Program-made: the position numbers and the translations under genes
Part shown: in pieces, positions 1 to 9,615 of the stretch
How the letters are laid out: the number at the start of each line of letters is the position of its first letter
How positions within the stretch are numbered: the first letter of the stretch is position 1
Notes under the pieces: model-generated
Seen by the model: only the letters and a program-made list of their open reading frames with translations
Databases searched by the model: none
What the model was told of the DNA's origin: nothing
DNA from: Candidatus Nanoarchaeia archaeon
GTDB lineage: Archaea; Nanobdellota; Nanobdellia; Woesearchaeales; DATDTY01
Assembly: GCA_035290625.1 (NCBI GenBank)
Contig: DATDTY010000068.1
Coordinates: forward strand, 1 to 39,274
Reading direction: 5' to 3'
DNA: 39,274 bases

Positions 1-3000
1 AAGATTGCCTCAACCGAGTACACGGTTGATTATGCGACCGGGAATGTGACCTTTAAGTCTTCCTATGCAGGAACAACGGTTCGGGCAGTGTACAGCTATG
101 GAGGGAAGATACAGATTATAGGAGGGAAGGCGCTGTCGAACGTCTATGACTTCATGCAGGCGAACCAGTCGGATGTGTTTACGACTGCTACAGGATCCAT
201 TTATAACAGTTATGTGGATTTCATTTTAGGGAATGGGACGCCAAGTTCCAATGGAAGGTTTATTGATGATACTGAGGCCGATTGGAACTTAGGTGTATTC
301 CTCAATACCAGCACAAACAGCTCAGGTAATGTTACTCTAAATCAATCTGGCGGAGAATATGATTCTGTCGGCAATTTCACAAGCCAAATATTCAACACGG
401 GAAATAATGCTACTTGGATTAATCTAACCAGGGGGTCTCTTGAGCCTGCTGGAACAAATATTACATTTAGAGTTAGAAGTTGTAATGATGCTGACTGCGA
501 CGGCGAGGTTCTGAGTGATGAGTTGACGTATCCTTTTACGATAAATACAACAGTTGCTCCTAATAGTAGATATTTCCAGTATCAAGCAAGGTTCCAGACT
601 AATGATACGGCTGCGACGCCGGTTTTGGAATGGGTTAATATTAGCTATTCCACTCTTGCAATATCGGGCGACAAGGGAGTTATTAACGAGTCAACAACTA
701 AAACACTAGATTTCAAGAGTGGGTTTGGTTGGAGTACAACTTCAAGCGGAGGGATATCAAGGAATGTTGATTCAAATACATGGAACTTTGTTTGGAGAGG
801 GCCAAGTAATGGAACCTTTAATAGGCAGTACAGCTATGATACTACGGTTAAAGATACGGGAGGCAATGCTGTGGTGAACACGACGGCGGAGCTCCTGGAT
901 ATTTTTGGAATGTCGCTCTTTACTGATTTGACGAATTCCAGCGGATCAATACCTACACAAACATTCACGCTGTATACCTATGGGCCTCATACCGGAAGCA
1001 CACCCACAAGCCAAGGTCCCTTCACATTGTATCTTAGAAAATATGGATATAAGTTTGTTGAGACGCAGAAAGTGTTTAGCGGGAAAACAAGCGAGGAGGT
1101 TTCCTTGGAGACTGATTCTTTCGTAACTGAGGGGGTTTCTGCTCCGGAGGCGTTAGCGGTTGCCGGAATAAAATATAACGAGCCAATAAAAGTTGCTTAC
1201 GGAGAGGAGAGTAATACGAGTTTTGGAACTTCTGGGCAGTTAAGACATTTTCCGATAACAGATTCTGAGTATTTTGCATTATTCAGAAATGGGACCAAGA
1301 TGTTCTTAGGAACAGATTTCTCTGCGTTTAGTTGCCTATCGGGAGGGATTACGTTTACGTCAGATGAGACCGGAAATAATATAACTGCAGTGTATAGTTA
1401 CGGCGGAAATGCAACATTAGTAAATGGTTTATCTGATACGAGAACTATAGATGAATTATATGATTTCTTAAAAGCAAACCTGTTTAATGGGTTTAATACT
1501 TTGGACGGAACTGCTTATATATCAGACATAAATCTGGTTATAGGAAATGCGAGTGACACGGGTTCTTTGGCAAGCCCAACTGCCTCACTTACATATACAT
1601 GCAGCCGTTCTTCTGTGTTTAGTTCTGTGGGGGGGTTCTTGGACTTGTTAGGAACAACGGTTGGGGGGGCCCTAAGTATGCGTTCCCAAACTGGGTATTC
1701 TTATTCTCCAGGAAAACAGGTTGTTGCCTATACAACTGTATTAGATGCTGACTCCAGATTAGTCAGCGCCACGGTTTCTGCCAAGATGTACTATCCTAAC
1801 ACGACATTATTAACAAGCGGGGTCGCGACAGCGGTAAGCACAGGCCGGTTCCTCTTCGCTTATAGCCTGCCTCTCACTGTGCCTGAAGGAACCTATACCG
1901 TTACATTCGATGCAAACTATCTATCTGGCGAAGTACATGACACAATAGCCTTCTTGGTCGAGAAATCTTTGGCACCGCTAAATATTCTTGCAACGGTTGG
2001 GTCAATATACTCTCCGGGCGACGAGGTAATAGTTTACCCAACAATAACAAATTCAAACGGAAATCTGGTAAATGCGACCGTCAATGTTTCTTTATATTAT
2101 CCCAATGCTACGTTGTTAAATAAAAGTAGTGCAACAGAGCAGGCTCTTGGGAGGTATAGATATAATGTTACGCTTCCCTATTCAGCTCCTGTTGGCACCT
2201 ACGAGGCCAGGCTAGACGCAAGCTATTCCAATGATGAATCCCACTATTCGTTGTCGTTTGTAGTAAGCTCTGTTCTGCAGGAGATCTTTACTCTTGTGAA
2301 TAACACCAATACGACCCTAGACACAATTAACACGAAGATAGATATTATAAACATGACTGTGAATGATATTAAAAACACAGTAAATATTATCAATTCAACA
2401 GTCACGAGGATTGGGGTTAATGTTACAAGTATCCATGGAACACTTAATACTGTTAATAGTACGGTAAACAATATTGACTCAACGGTTGCGCTTATTAATT
2501 CGACGGCCAATATCATTAATTCTAATGTGACGTATATGGGCACGTTGCTTGAGAATATCAACAGTAGCGTCCATTTCATCAATAGCACTATTGTTTATAT
2601 TAACAGCACGGTCACTAATATCAATACTACGACTACCAATAGCGGGAGCACGATAACACTAATCAATAGCACAATATATGACGTCTTTGATCTTGTTGCT
2701 GGAAAACTAAGTATAGACGTAGATACCGGAAGCAGATACGCCCCGGGAGATAATGTAAACATTGTAGTTACTGCCACGAATAGCAGTGGAGGCCTTATCA
2801 ATGCTTCAGTTGATGTTGAGGTGTTCTATCCAAATGCAACGAGACTAAATAATGGAAGCGCACAGCTTGGGGCCGCAGGCAGGCTTAATTACAGTTTCCC
2901 ATTGGATGCCTCTACGCCATTAGGGACGTACAGGGCAAATGTTGACGCGAATTACTCAGCGAATGAGATTCATAAGAACGTTGTGTTCCTTGTAGCGACC

Positions 3001-6000
3001 GCAACTGCGGCTGTTGGCGGCGCTGGTGGGCTGCCCTTAAATATATACAACGATGTCGGAAAATCATATGCGCCGGGAGACACTGTGTATATATCTTCAA
3101 ATGTAGTAAACTCATCGGGGAGCCGTGTTAATGCGACAGTTAATATTACTGTTTACTACCCATCTGGATCTGAATTTGACAGCGGAGGGTCAACAGAACA
3201 ATCGCTTGGCAGGTATGAGTATAGTTTCGAAGCGCCAGCAACAGAAGGTACGTATAGTATAGATATTGATGCAAATTATTCTGGCAATGAGATACACGAC
3301 ACCCTGGCGTTTGTTATCACGACGGGCACGGGCGGAAGCAACGCCACCTTCCCTCCTCAAGTTATTGTAGACGCCCCAAGCACCATTAACATAGACACGA
3401 AGTTTGATATCATAGCCCTTACAAAGTCATCAAGTGGGCTATTAATCGATTGCACAGACGGAGCAAATATAACCATCCGGAACACGCTAAATAGTACAAA
3501 TGTGATTAGTAACGAGCCAATGAGCAAGTTCTCAACCGGATTGTATAATTACACTTGGTCTACTGGAACGCAAGCGACTTACTTAGCAACCGTAACGTGC
3601 AGCAAGATTTCAGCAATAGCTTATACTGGAGCAAAGGAATTCTCTACGCAAAATGTTGCTGGCGCAACTGGCGGCGGGGGGGCTGCTGGCGGGCTTCCAT
3701 TGAATATGTTTTCAGGTGTTGGCTCCTTTTACTCACCAGGGGATAATGTGTTAGTGGTTTCTACGACAACTGATAATAATGGGTCCTTGATTGGCGCGAT
3801 GTTAAATGTGTCCTTGTATTACCCAAATGCCACATTATTAAATCATAGCCTTGCCGTTGGGCAAACAATCGGAAGATTCAGATATAACTTTGCGCTTCCG
3901 CTCTCTGCTCCGATTGGGTCGTATGAGGTAAGGATAGATGCCAATTATTCTGGCAATGAAGCACACGATTCTTTGGCTTTTGTCATAAGTTCTGTACTTC
4001 TGGAAATATTTAACGTTGTGAATAATACAAATACTACAGTGAACACTATCAGCCAGACGGTTGATGTTATAAATACTTCTGTGAGTAATATTGATGCCAC
4101 CGTGAATGTTATCAATTCGACTGTAAATAGGATTGACGCAAATATTACGAGCGTTCATGGAACTCTAAATACAATAAACAGCACAGTGAATTTGATTAGC
4201 AGCACAGTAATGGATATTAATTCCACTGTCATTGATATTAACAGCACAACGAATACTATTAATTCAGTTGTGACGAGAGTTGATGCGAATGTCACGAGCA
4301 TACAAGGGACCGTGAACAGCATCCAGTCAAATATAACATTCATTAGCACGTTGGTTGAGAATATCAACAGCAGCGTATATTTCATTAACAGCACTATTGT
4401 TTATATTAACAGCACCGTCACTAATATCAATACTACGACCACCAATAGCGGGAGCACGATAACCCTGATCAATAGCACAGTATATGACGTCTTTGATCTT
4501 ACTGCTGGAAGGATAAGTATAGATGTTGCTACCGGAAGCAGTTATGCTCCTGGGGACAATGTGAATGTTGTGATAACTGCTATCAATAGCAGCGGCGCCC
4601 TTATCAATGCTTCAGTTGATGTTGAGGTGTTCTATCCAAATTCAACAAGATTAAATAATGGAAGCGCCCAGCTTGGGACCGCCGGCAGGTTTAATTACAG
4701 TTTCCCATTGGATGCCTCTGCGCCGTTAGGGACATATAGAGTTAATGTTGACGCGAATTATTCGAGCAATAGTGTTCATAAGAACGTTGTTTTCGAGGCT
4801 GTTTGGGTTGAAAATCCGGAAGTTGTTGTTGATGCTCCTGCCGTCATCAATACCGGGGTTCCGTTTGATCTAATAGCTATGATAAGGTCGGCGGGCGGCT
4901 CTCTTGTTGACTGCAGTGATGGAGCCAACATAACTGTAAGGAACACGTTGAATAAGACGGACGTGATCATAAATGAGTCAATGACTAACTTTGGCCTTGG
5001 GCTTTATAATTATACGTGGTCTACTGGGGCACAATCCACTTATCTGGCGATCGTAACCTGCAACAAGATTTTAAGTAAGGAGTATGTAGGGGTAAAAGAA
5101 TTCTCCACCCAGAATGTCGCTGCTTCGGGCGTTGGCGGAGGGGGTGGTTCCACTGGAGCCCTGCCTCTGAATATGTTTTCTGATGTAGGAGGATTCTACT
5201 CGCCAGGGGATGATGTGGTTGTTGTTTCAACGGTAATGGATAACAACGGATCTTTGGTTGGCGCAATGGTAAACATTACGCTGTATTATCCAAATACCAC
5301 GCTGCTGAACCACAGCCTGGCTATGCCGCAGGCTGTTGGGAGATTCAAATATAACTTTACGCTTCCGCTCTCTGCGCCAATCGGAACCTATGAGGCCAGA
5401 ATCGACGCGAATTACACAAATGACCAGATTCACGACAGTCTCACTTTTGTGGTAAGCTCAGCTATAGAAGCAATCAAGATGAATGTGACGCAAATGATAA
5501 ATCAGATTGATGGTGTGATTGTCCCGTCCTTAAAAGAGATCAACCTTACCACCCAGGATAGTTATGATTACTTGCTGAACAATATATTCCCCCTGGTTAA
5601 CTTAACAAACACAACGTCGTTGGATATTAAGAATGAAACTGCCTCACTTCTGCTTAAGTGGGGCACCTATAATGCTGAACAATTATACAATATCTCGAAT
5701 GTTACGTATAACAATTCACAAAGAATATTAAGTTATATCGGAACCCCTTCTGATGATGAATCTGCTAACACGCTGTTCGGTGAATTTGCTTATACCAAGA
5801 ATAGGATTAGCGATATCGATGCAAACGTATCAGAGATCAAAAGAATCGCAGCAGAGGTTAATGTTACCTCAATTATAATCAATTCAACTATTTCAACCGT
5901 GCTATTGGAAGTTGATGATTTAGAGGAGCTTCATCAGTGCGCCATAACCCCAAATTCAACCCTATGTACGCTGCTTAATGATATAAAATTAAACACTCAA

Positions 6001-8379
6001 AATATTTATAGTGCGGCCCTGGCTATCAATACCACTACGTCTGCCTTGGGCCTGTTTACAATATCTTCACTGGTTGCCGGCAGCCCGAGATACGCTAATG
6101 AGAATGTGTTGGTAGAGGCGAGCTTTACAACACAGAACGGCTCGTTTGTTGCTCCAGATTCGGTCGTTCTCACCATTTTTGACAGTAATAATAATAAATG
6201 GGCTAATGCTACACTAACAGATTTTACTGAGTCCTCTTTGCATGTTTGGAAGTACTCTAAATCTTTAGGGGCAAACCCAACAACGGGGATGTATACTGTT
6301 CACTTGTTGGGTAGTTACGGTGGAGTTAATGCTTCGAAAACCACGCAGTTCAGAGTAGCGACTGGGGGCCCGTACATGGTGTTCTTGGATTGCCCGCTCA
6401 CTGCTACTGTGGGTCAGGACCTGAATTGCAATGTGAGGATACAGGATGAGGGAGAAGCAGCAACAGAAAGCACCTGTGATGTTTGGGTGGATAGCGATGG
6501 CGATACTGAACTTGACGCAGGAGAACCGCAAACGCAGTTTAGTAAGAAAACCACTCCATTGCAAAATGTCACACAATCTGTTTCAATAAATGTTCCAAGC
6601 ACGTATGCAAACGGGCTCTCTATCGCACGTGTCAGTTGCAGCTATGCGAATTCAGCTCAGCCTGATTCAACTGCATCAGACAGTGTAACCTTTGAAGCTG
6701 GCGCAGAGGAAGCGCCAACCACAACGGGGGAGGCCGGTGGCGGAGGCGGCGGTGGAGGCGGAGGCGCGGCACCAAGCGCTCCGGCTGCTCCGGCACCTGC
6801 GGTCTCACCAACCGTGGACTTCCAAGAAGTCCTTGATGTCCAGTATTATCTACAAGAAGGAAGCGTAATCACTTTCAGTCTTGATGGTGTAAACGTTCAT
6901 ACGATAACTCTTACCAAGGTTGGAGAAGACTTTGTAATTTTGATGATAGAGACGACCCCCATAGAAGTCATAGCCAGAATTGGAGAGCCCCAGAAGATTG
7001 ATTTGGAAAATGATGGTGTGTATGACCTCCTGATAAGATTGAACGATATCATCGATGGTATAGCAGACATTAGCATTGAAAGAATAAAAGAAACGGTTCC
7101 TGGGGCTATATTATTTGACGTTAAGGTTAAAATCCTGCCTCGATATATGGAAACGCCTTCTGGAAGTTCAGTGGCGGCAGAGGTGAGCTTGTACCATGTT
7201 GGGGGGCAAGGCGTAAAAGATACAGAGGTTGAGTATATGATCAAAAACGCAAAGGGGGAGGCTGTTGTGTCTGAGCATGAAATTGTTGGAATTGAGAATA
7301 AACTTGTGCTTCTCAAGGAGATCTCGATTCCGAAAGAGGTTGAGCCTGGTGAATATGTGTTTTTTGTCGAGATGAAGTATAACCAAAAGACAGCAAGCGG
7401 CGCGGCGAGGTTCAATATAGTTGGGAAAGGGGTTGAGGAGAGGCTTGCGCCAAGCAGGGGGCCCTCTAGTCTGCTGATTGTATCAACGCTGTTGCTCATC
7501 ATGGGCGGGCTTGCTTCCTTGGCTCTGCAACTCAAAAAGGGAAGTATTAAAAAGAAGTATATGCAGATTATACGCATGAAAGCCTCGATCGTTTCCATAG
7601 CAATCTTGGCGGCGGTTGTGCTCGCCTCGTTATTGCTGAATGCGTCGGTTTGGGGGATGGTAAAAGGGGTATTAGATTCCAAGGAGGTTTACATTACTTG
7701 GGTGTTGTTGGTTGGCACCATAATCCTTTTCAGTTATCTGCTTTATGAGATCAAAAAGAGAAACTCTTCTCGAAATGGTAGGAGGAAACACGGGCTGCCA
7801 AATAAACGGAAGGGCGGCGAAAGGGCGAAACGAAGAGAGCACGAGTTCAGCGAGATGAGGGTTGCGCCGCCTGCTGAAAAAATACAGGAGATTGCAAAAC
7901 CAGACAGAGAAGAACGCACACAGGAGAAGAGGGAAGAGAAAGAAGAGATATCCGCTGTTCCTCCAGTCAAGAGTTCTGAGACTATAATCACTAAGCATTC
8001 AGATTACGTAGTAAAAAGGGAAGATAGCCTGATTACCAAGCATTCAGACTATATAGTAAAAAAAGAACCGGCAGTGAGTGGGGAATTCAAAGTAATCCCT
8101 GCAGAGAACGCGTCGGCGCAGGGCAGGACCCAAATAGAAGAAAAGGATCCAGCAAAAGAACTTTCAAAATTGCTCGAGGAAGATGGCATTCGCCTTGAAA
8201 AAAAAGAGGGTAAACACCCCCTTGAGTTAACGCCGATGCAGATTGCAAATGAGAAATGGAGGTTGTTAAAAGAATTAAGGCGGCTAAAGGAAGCTTACAA
8301 ACAGGGAGTTATTCCAAATGAGGGGTATGAAGAGACAAAGAATGTGTTGATTAAAAGGATACAAGATCTGAAAAGGTGA
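1..8379 (+). CDS. Giant repetitive cell-surface/S-layer-like (glyco)protein, 5'-truncated by the window edge (>2790 aa)
   Basis: Frame is open from base 1 (KIASTEYTVDYATGNV...). It has seven clear ~95-aa Ig/MG2-like modules (YxPG[DK]xV...YYPN...GR...GTY...DANY...HD), two I/V heptad stalks, two Cys-containing modules, very dense N-x-S/T sequons and a Gly/Ala/Pro linker. Three hydrophobic helices lie at ~7470-7750, then a charged tail ending in a SHOCT-like motif. Confidence 0.9.
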   Translation, partial: KIASTEYTVDYATGNVTFKSSYAGTTVRAVYSYGGKIQIIGGKALSNVYDFMQANQSDVFTTATGSIYNSYVDFILGNGTPSSNGRFIDDTEADWNLGVFLNTSTNSSGNVTLNQSGGEYDSVGNFTSQIFNTGNNATWINLTRGSLEPAGTNITFRVRSCNDADCDGEVLSDELTYPFTINTTVAPNSRYFQYQARFQTNDTAATPVLEWVNISYSTLAISGDKGVINESTTKTLDFKSGFGWSTTSSGGISRNVDSNTWNFVWRGPSNGTFNRQYSYDTTVKDTGGNAVVNTTAELLDIFGMSLFTDLTNSSGSIPTQTFTLYTYGPHTGSTPTSQGPFTLYLRKYGYKFVETQKVFSGKTSEEVSLETDSFVTEGVSAPEALAVAGIKYNEPIKVAYGEESNTSFGTSGQLRHFPITDSEYFALFRNGTKMFLGTDFSAFSCLSGGITFTSDETGNNITAVYSYGGNATLVNGLSDTRTIDELYDFLKANLFNGFNTLDGTAYISDINLVIGNASDTGSLASPTASLTYTCSRSSVFSSVGGFLDLLGTTVGGALSMRSQTGYSYSPGKQVVAYTTVLDADSRLVSATVSAKMYYPNTTLLTSGVATAVSTGRFLFAYSLPLTVPEGTYTVTFDANYLSGEVHDTIAFLVEKSLAPLNILATVGSIYSPGDEVIVYPTITNSNGNLVNATVNVSLYYPNATLLNKSSATEQALGRYRYNVTLPYSAPVGTYEARLDASYSNDESHYSLSFVVSSVLQEIFTLVNNTNTTLDTINTKIDIINMTVNDIKNTVNIINSTVTRIGVNVTSIHGTLNTVNSTVNNIDSTVALINSTANIINSNVTYMGTLLENINSSVHFINSTIVYINSTVTNINTTTTNSGSTITLINSTIYDVFDLVAGKLSIDVDTGSRYAPGDNVNIVVTATNSSGGLINASVDVEVFYPNATRLNNGSAQLGAAGRLNYSFPLDASTPLGTYRANVDANYSANEIHKNVVFLVATATAAVGGAGGLPLNIYNDVGKSYAPGDTVYISSNVVNSSGSRVNATVNITVYYPSGSEFDSGGSTEQSLGRYEYSFEAPATEGTYSIDIDANYSGNEIHDTLAFVITTGTGGSNATFPPQVIVDAPSTINIDTKFDIIALTKSSSGLLIDCTDGANITIRNTLNSTNVISNEPMSKFSTGLYNYTWSTGTQATYLATVTCSKISAIAYTGAKEFSTQNVAGATGGGGAAGGLPLNMFSGVGSFYSPGDNVLVVSTTTDNNGSLIGAMLNVSLYYPNATLLNHSLAVGQTIGRFRYNFALPLSAPIGSYEVRIDANYSGNEAHDSLAFVISSVLLEIFNVVNNTNTTVNTISQTVDVINTSVSNIDATVNVINSTVNRIDANITSVHGTLNTINSTVNLISSTVMDINSTVIDINSTTNTINSVVTRVDANVTSIQGTVNSIQSNITFISTLVENINSSVYFINSTIVYINSTVTNINTTTTNSGSTITLINSTVYDVFDLTAGRISIDVATGSSYAPGDNVNVVITAINSSGALINASVDVEVFYPNSTRLNNGSAQLGTAGRFNYSFPLDASAPLGTYRVNVDANYSSNSVHKNVVFEAVWVENPEVVVDAPAVINTGVPFDLIAMIRSAGGSLVDCSDGANITVRNTLNKTDVIINESMTNFGLGLYNYTWSTGAQSTYLAIVTCNKILSKEYVGVKEFSTQNVAASGVGGGGGSTGALPLNMFSDVGGFYSPGDDVVVVSTVMDNNGSLVGAMVNITLYYPNTTLLNHSLAMPQAVGRFKYNFTLPLSAPIGTYEARIDANYTNDQIHDSLTFVVSSAIEAIKMNVTQMINQIDGVIVPSLKEINLTTQDSYDYLLNNIFPLVNLTNTTSLDIKNETASLLLKWGTYNAEQLYNISNVTYNNSQRILSYIGTPSDDESANTLFGEFAYTKNRISDIDANVSEIKRIAAEVNVTSIIINSTISTVLLEVDDLEELHQCAITPNSTLCTLLNDIKLNTQNIYSAALAINTTTSALGLFTISSLVAGSPRYANENVLVEASFTTQNGSFVAPDSVVLTIFDSNNNKWANATLTDFTESSLHVWKYSKSLGANPTTGMYTVHLLGSYGGVNASKTTQFRVATGGPYMVFLDCPLTATVGQDLNCNVRIQDEGEAATESTCDVWVDSDGDTELDAGEPQTQFSKKTTPLQNVTQSVSINVPSTYANGLSIARVSCSYANSAQPDSTASDSVTFEAGAEEAPTTTGEAGGGGGGGGGGAAPSAPAAPAPAVSPTVDFQEVLDVQYYLQEGSVITFSLDGVNVHTITLTKVGEDFVILMIETTPIEVIARIGEPQKIDLENDGVYDLLIRLNDIIDGIADISIERIKETVPGAILFDVKVKILPRYMETPSGSSVAAEVSLYHVGGQGVKDTEVEYMIKNAKGEAVVSEHEIVGIENKLVLLKEISIPKEVEPGEYVFFVEMKYNQKTASGAARFNIVGKGVEERLAPSRGPSSLLIVSTLLLIMGGLASLALQLKKGSIKKKYMQIIRMKASIVSIAILAAVVLASLLLNASVWGMVKGVLDSKEVYITWVLLVGTIILFSYLLYEIKKRNSSRNGRRKHGLPNKRKGGERAKRREHEFSEMRVAPPAEKIQEIAKPDREERTQEKREEKEEISAVPPVKSSETIITKHSDYVVKREDSLITKHSDYIVKKEPAVSGEFKVIPAENASAQGRTQIEEKDPAKELSKLLEEDGIRLEKKEGKHPLELTPMQIANEKWRLLKELRRLKEAYKQGVIPNEGYEETKNVLIKRIQDLKR
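2551..2990 (+). repeat. Intragenic duplication, copy A (copy B at 4357-4796)
   Basis: Anchors gagaatatcaacag (2551/4357) and cataagaacgttgt (2971/4777) share a constant 1806-nt offset, with long identical stretches between them. Confidence 0.95.
4357..4796 (+). repeat. Intragenic duplication, copy B (copy A at 2551-2990)
   Basis: Colinear and highly similar at nucleotide level to 2551-2990. Confidence 0.95.
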
Positions 8380-8460
8380 GCTAGAGGCATAGCCCCGCCA
8401 AAAGCCCATATTGCGCAAACATCAATCGCGTGACAAAAAGGAGGGGAGCTTACAAGAGAG

Positions 8461-9051
8461 ATGAAAAGGCTATTTTTTATGATTCTGTCACTTGTGGTGA
8501 TTGGGATATTAACTGGAGGCAGTACTAATGAGTCTGTTGATGTTACGGCTGAGAAAATTTCACAATATGGGGGGGTGACGGAAAATACAAGTATGAGAAA
8601 CGCGTCTGGGGTTGCTGCTGAAGAGAACAATGATATTTCTTGGCAAAAAGAAGATTCTTGGCCGTCTTCAGAAAAAAACACAGAGCCTGAGGTTAAGAGG
8701 TATAAACAGAAAATAACAAATAATGAGCCCTTGATTCTGGAAGGAGATGTTGTGTTTGTTATAAACAACACACATTACATCCAAAGGAACGATATTGTTG
8801 TCCGCGATAACGCCACTCTTTTGATTACAAATTCTTTATTTGAACATAGGAATGCGCCGGGTCGTTGGAGTAGTCTGGAAGCCTTCAACACTTCGCGCGT
8901 AAGTATTCAGGATAGTGAGATTCGATCGAGCAACGAGATTGACTGGAATTTTCGAAGCAATAGCTTTTATATTTTGAAGGATGTGGAGGAAGAACTGTCC
9001 TTCATCAGAGTGCATTTTGTGCTGACTCCCCCAAAAGTTGTTGAAAAATGA
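8461..9051 (+). CDS. Secreted/membrane-anchored hypothetical protein with beta-helix-like C-terminal half
   Basis: N-terminal signal-like segment MKRLFFMILSLVVIGILTGG, purine-rich RBS-like stretch upstream, repeating beta-strand pattern (DIVVRDNATLLITNS, SRVSIQDSEI). Confidence 0.7.
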   Translation: MKRLFFMILSLVVIGILTGGSTNESVDVTAEKISQYGGVTENTSMRNASGVAAEENNDISWQKEDSWPSSEKNTEPEVKRYKQKITNNEPLILEGDVVFVINNTHYIQRNDIVVRDNATLLITNSLFEHRNAPGRWSSLEAFNTSRVSIQDSEIRSSNEIDWNFRSNSFYILKDVEEELSFIRVHFVLTPPKVVEK

Positions 9052-9292
9052 TACTGTCGTCCTTGATGCGATCGTTAATGTTCCCATTCTCTCGTTCAAT
9101 GGGATTGTTGTTGTGTTTTAATCCTGCTGATTTAATAGGAACTCCATGCGTTTTCTTTGCAACCCTTCTGACAAGTTTAGATCGTGCTGGTTTGTAATTC
9201 TCAAATCCTTCACTCGCAAACTTGATGGGCCTTCGTTTTTTCTTAACTTTGTCTTTCTCTGGCAGTTGTGTACAATGTACTGAGATTTGCAA
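9005..9292 (-). pseudogene. Remnant of a DDE (IS6-like) transposase/integrase-core gene
   Basis: IKFASEGFENYK...HGVPIKSAGLKHNNNPIERENGNINDRIK resembles the second-D and NNxIE catalytic region of IS6-type transposases. No intact N-terminus or terminal repeats seen. Confidence 0.6.
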
Positions 9293-9562
9293 TATTTATA
9301 CCTGAGCCATAACATCGCCTCAGAAGAAGCACAGAACGCTTAAGGATAGGGTATCATTCATTGATTGGCGGCGTCGTGTTTCCGAGATTTTCGAATAAAT
9401 ATTTTCCCAGCGTCGGTTTTCCGGTGGAAACTGAGGTCAAGGCCAAAATCAAATATTCTTCTTGGATTTACAATGTAGCTACAATGGAAATAGCGGTGGA
9501 ATTGTTAGAAAAACTCCGCGTTTCCGCAATCTTTAAAAATCAGCTAATGTTTCTACTGGACA

Positions 9563-9600
9563 GTATATAAATAGACGTTGTATAGACATTGTACATAGAC
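9563..9600 (+). promoter_or_regulatory. TATA box followed by tandem ATAGAC(G/A)TTGT repeats (candidate operator of hppA)
   Basis: gtatataa, then atagacgttgt (9571-9581), atagacattgt (9582-9592), atagac (9595-9600). Confidence 0.5.
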
Positions 9601-9615
9601 CTTGGGGGTGCCGCA

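Noticed and set aside
2270..4500. CRISPR array or DGR template in the AAC/AAT-rich repeats
   Set aside because: Repeats are in-frame degenerate heptads of a coding sequence, with no constant repeat and unique spacer pattern.
6897..7682. 261-aa minus-strand ORF and other antisense ORFs inside long genes
   Set aside because: Codon-mirror shadows of the giant gene, hppA, cdc48, glyS and others.
8380..8460. Fourth copy of the structured element (gtgacaaaaaggagggg)
   Set aside because: Resembles only the gctcacaaaaagg tail; lacks AGTTCGC, the central hairpin and long closing stems.
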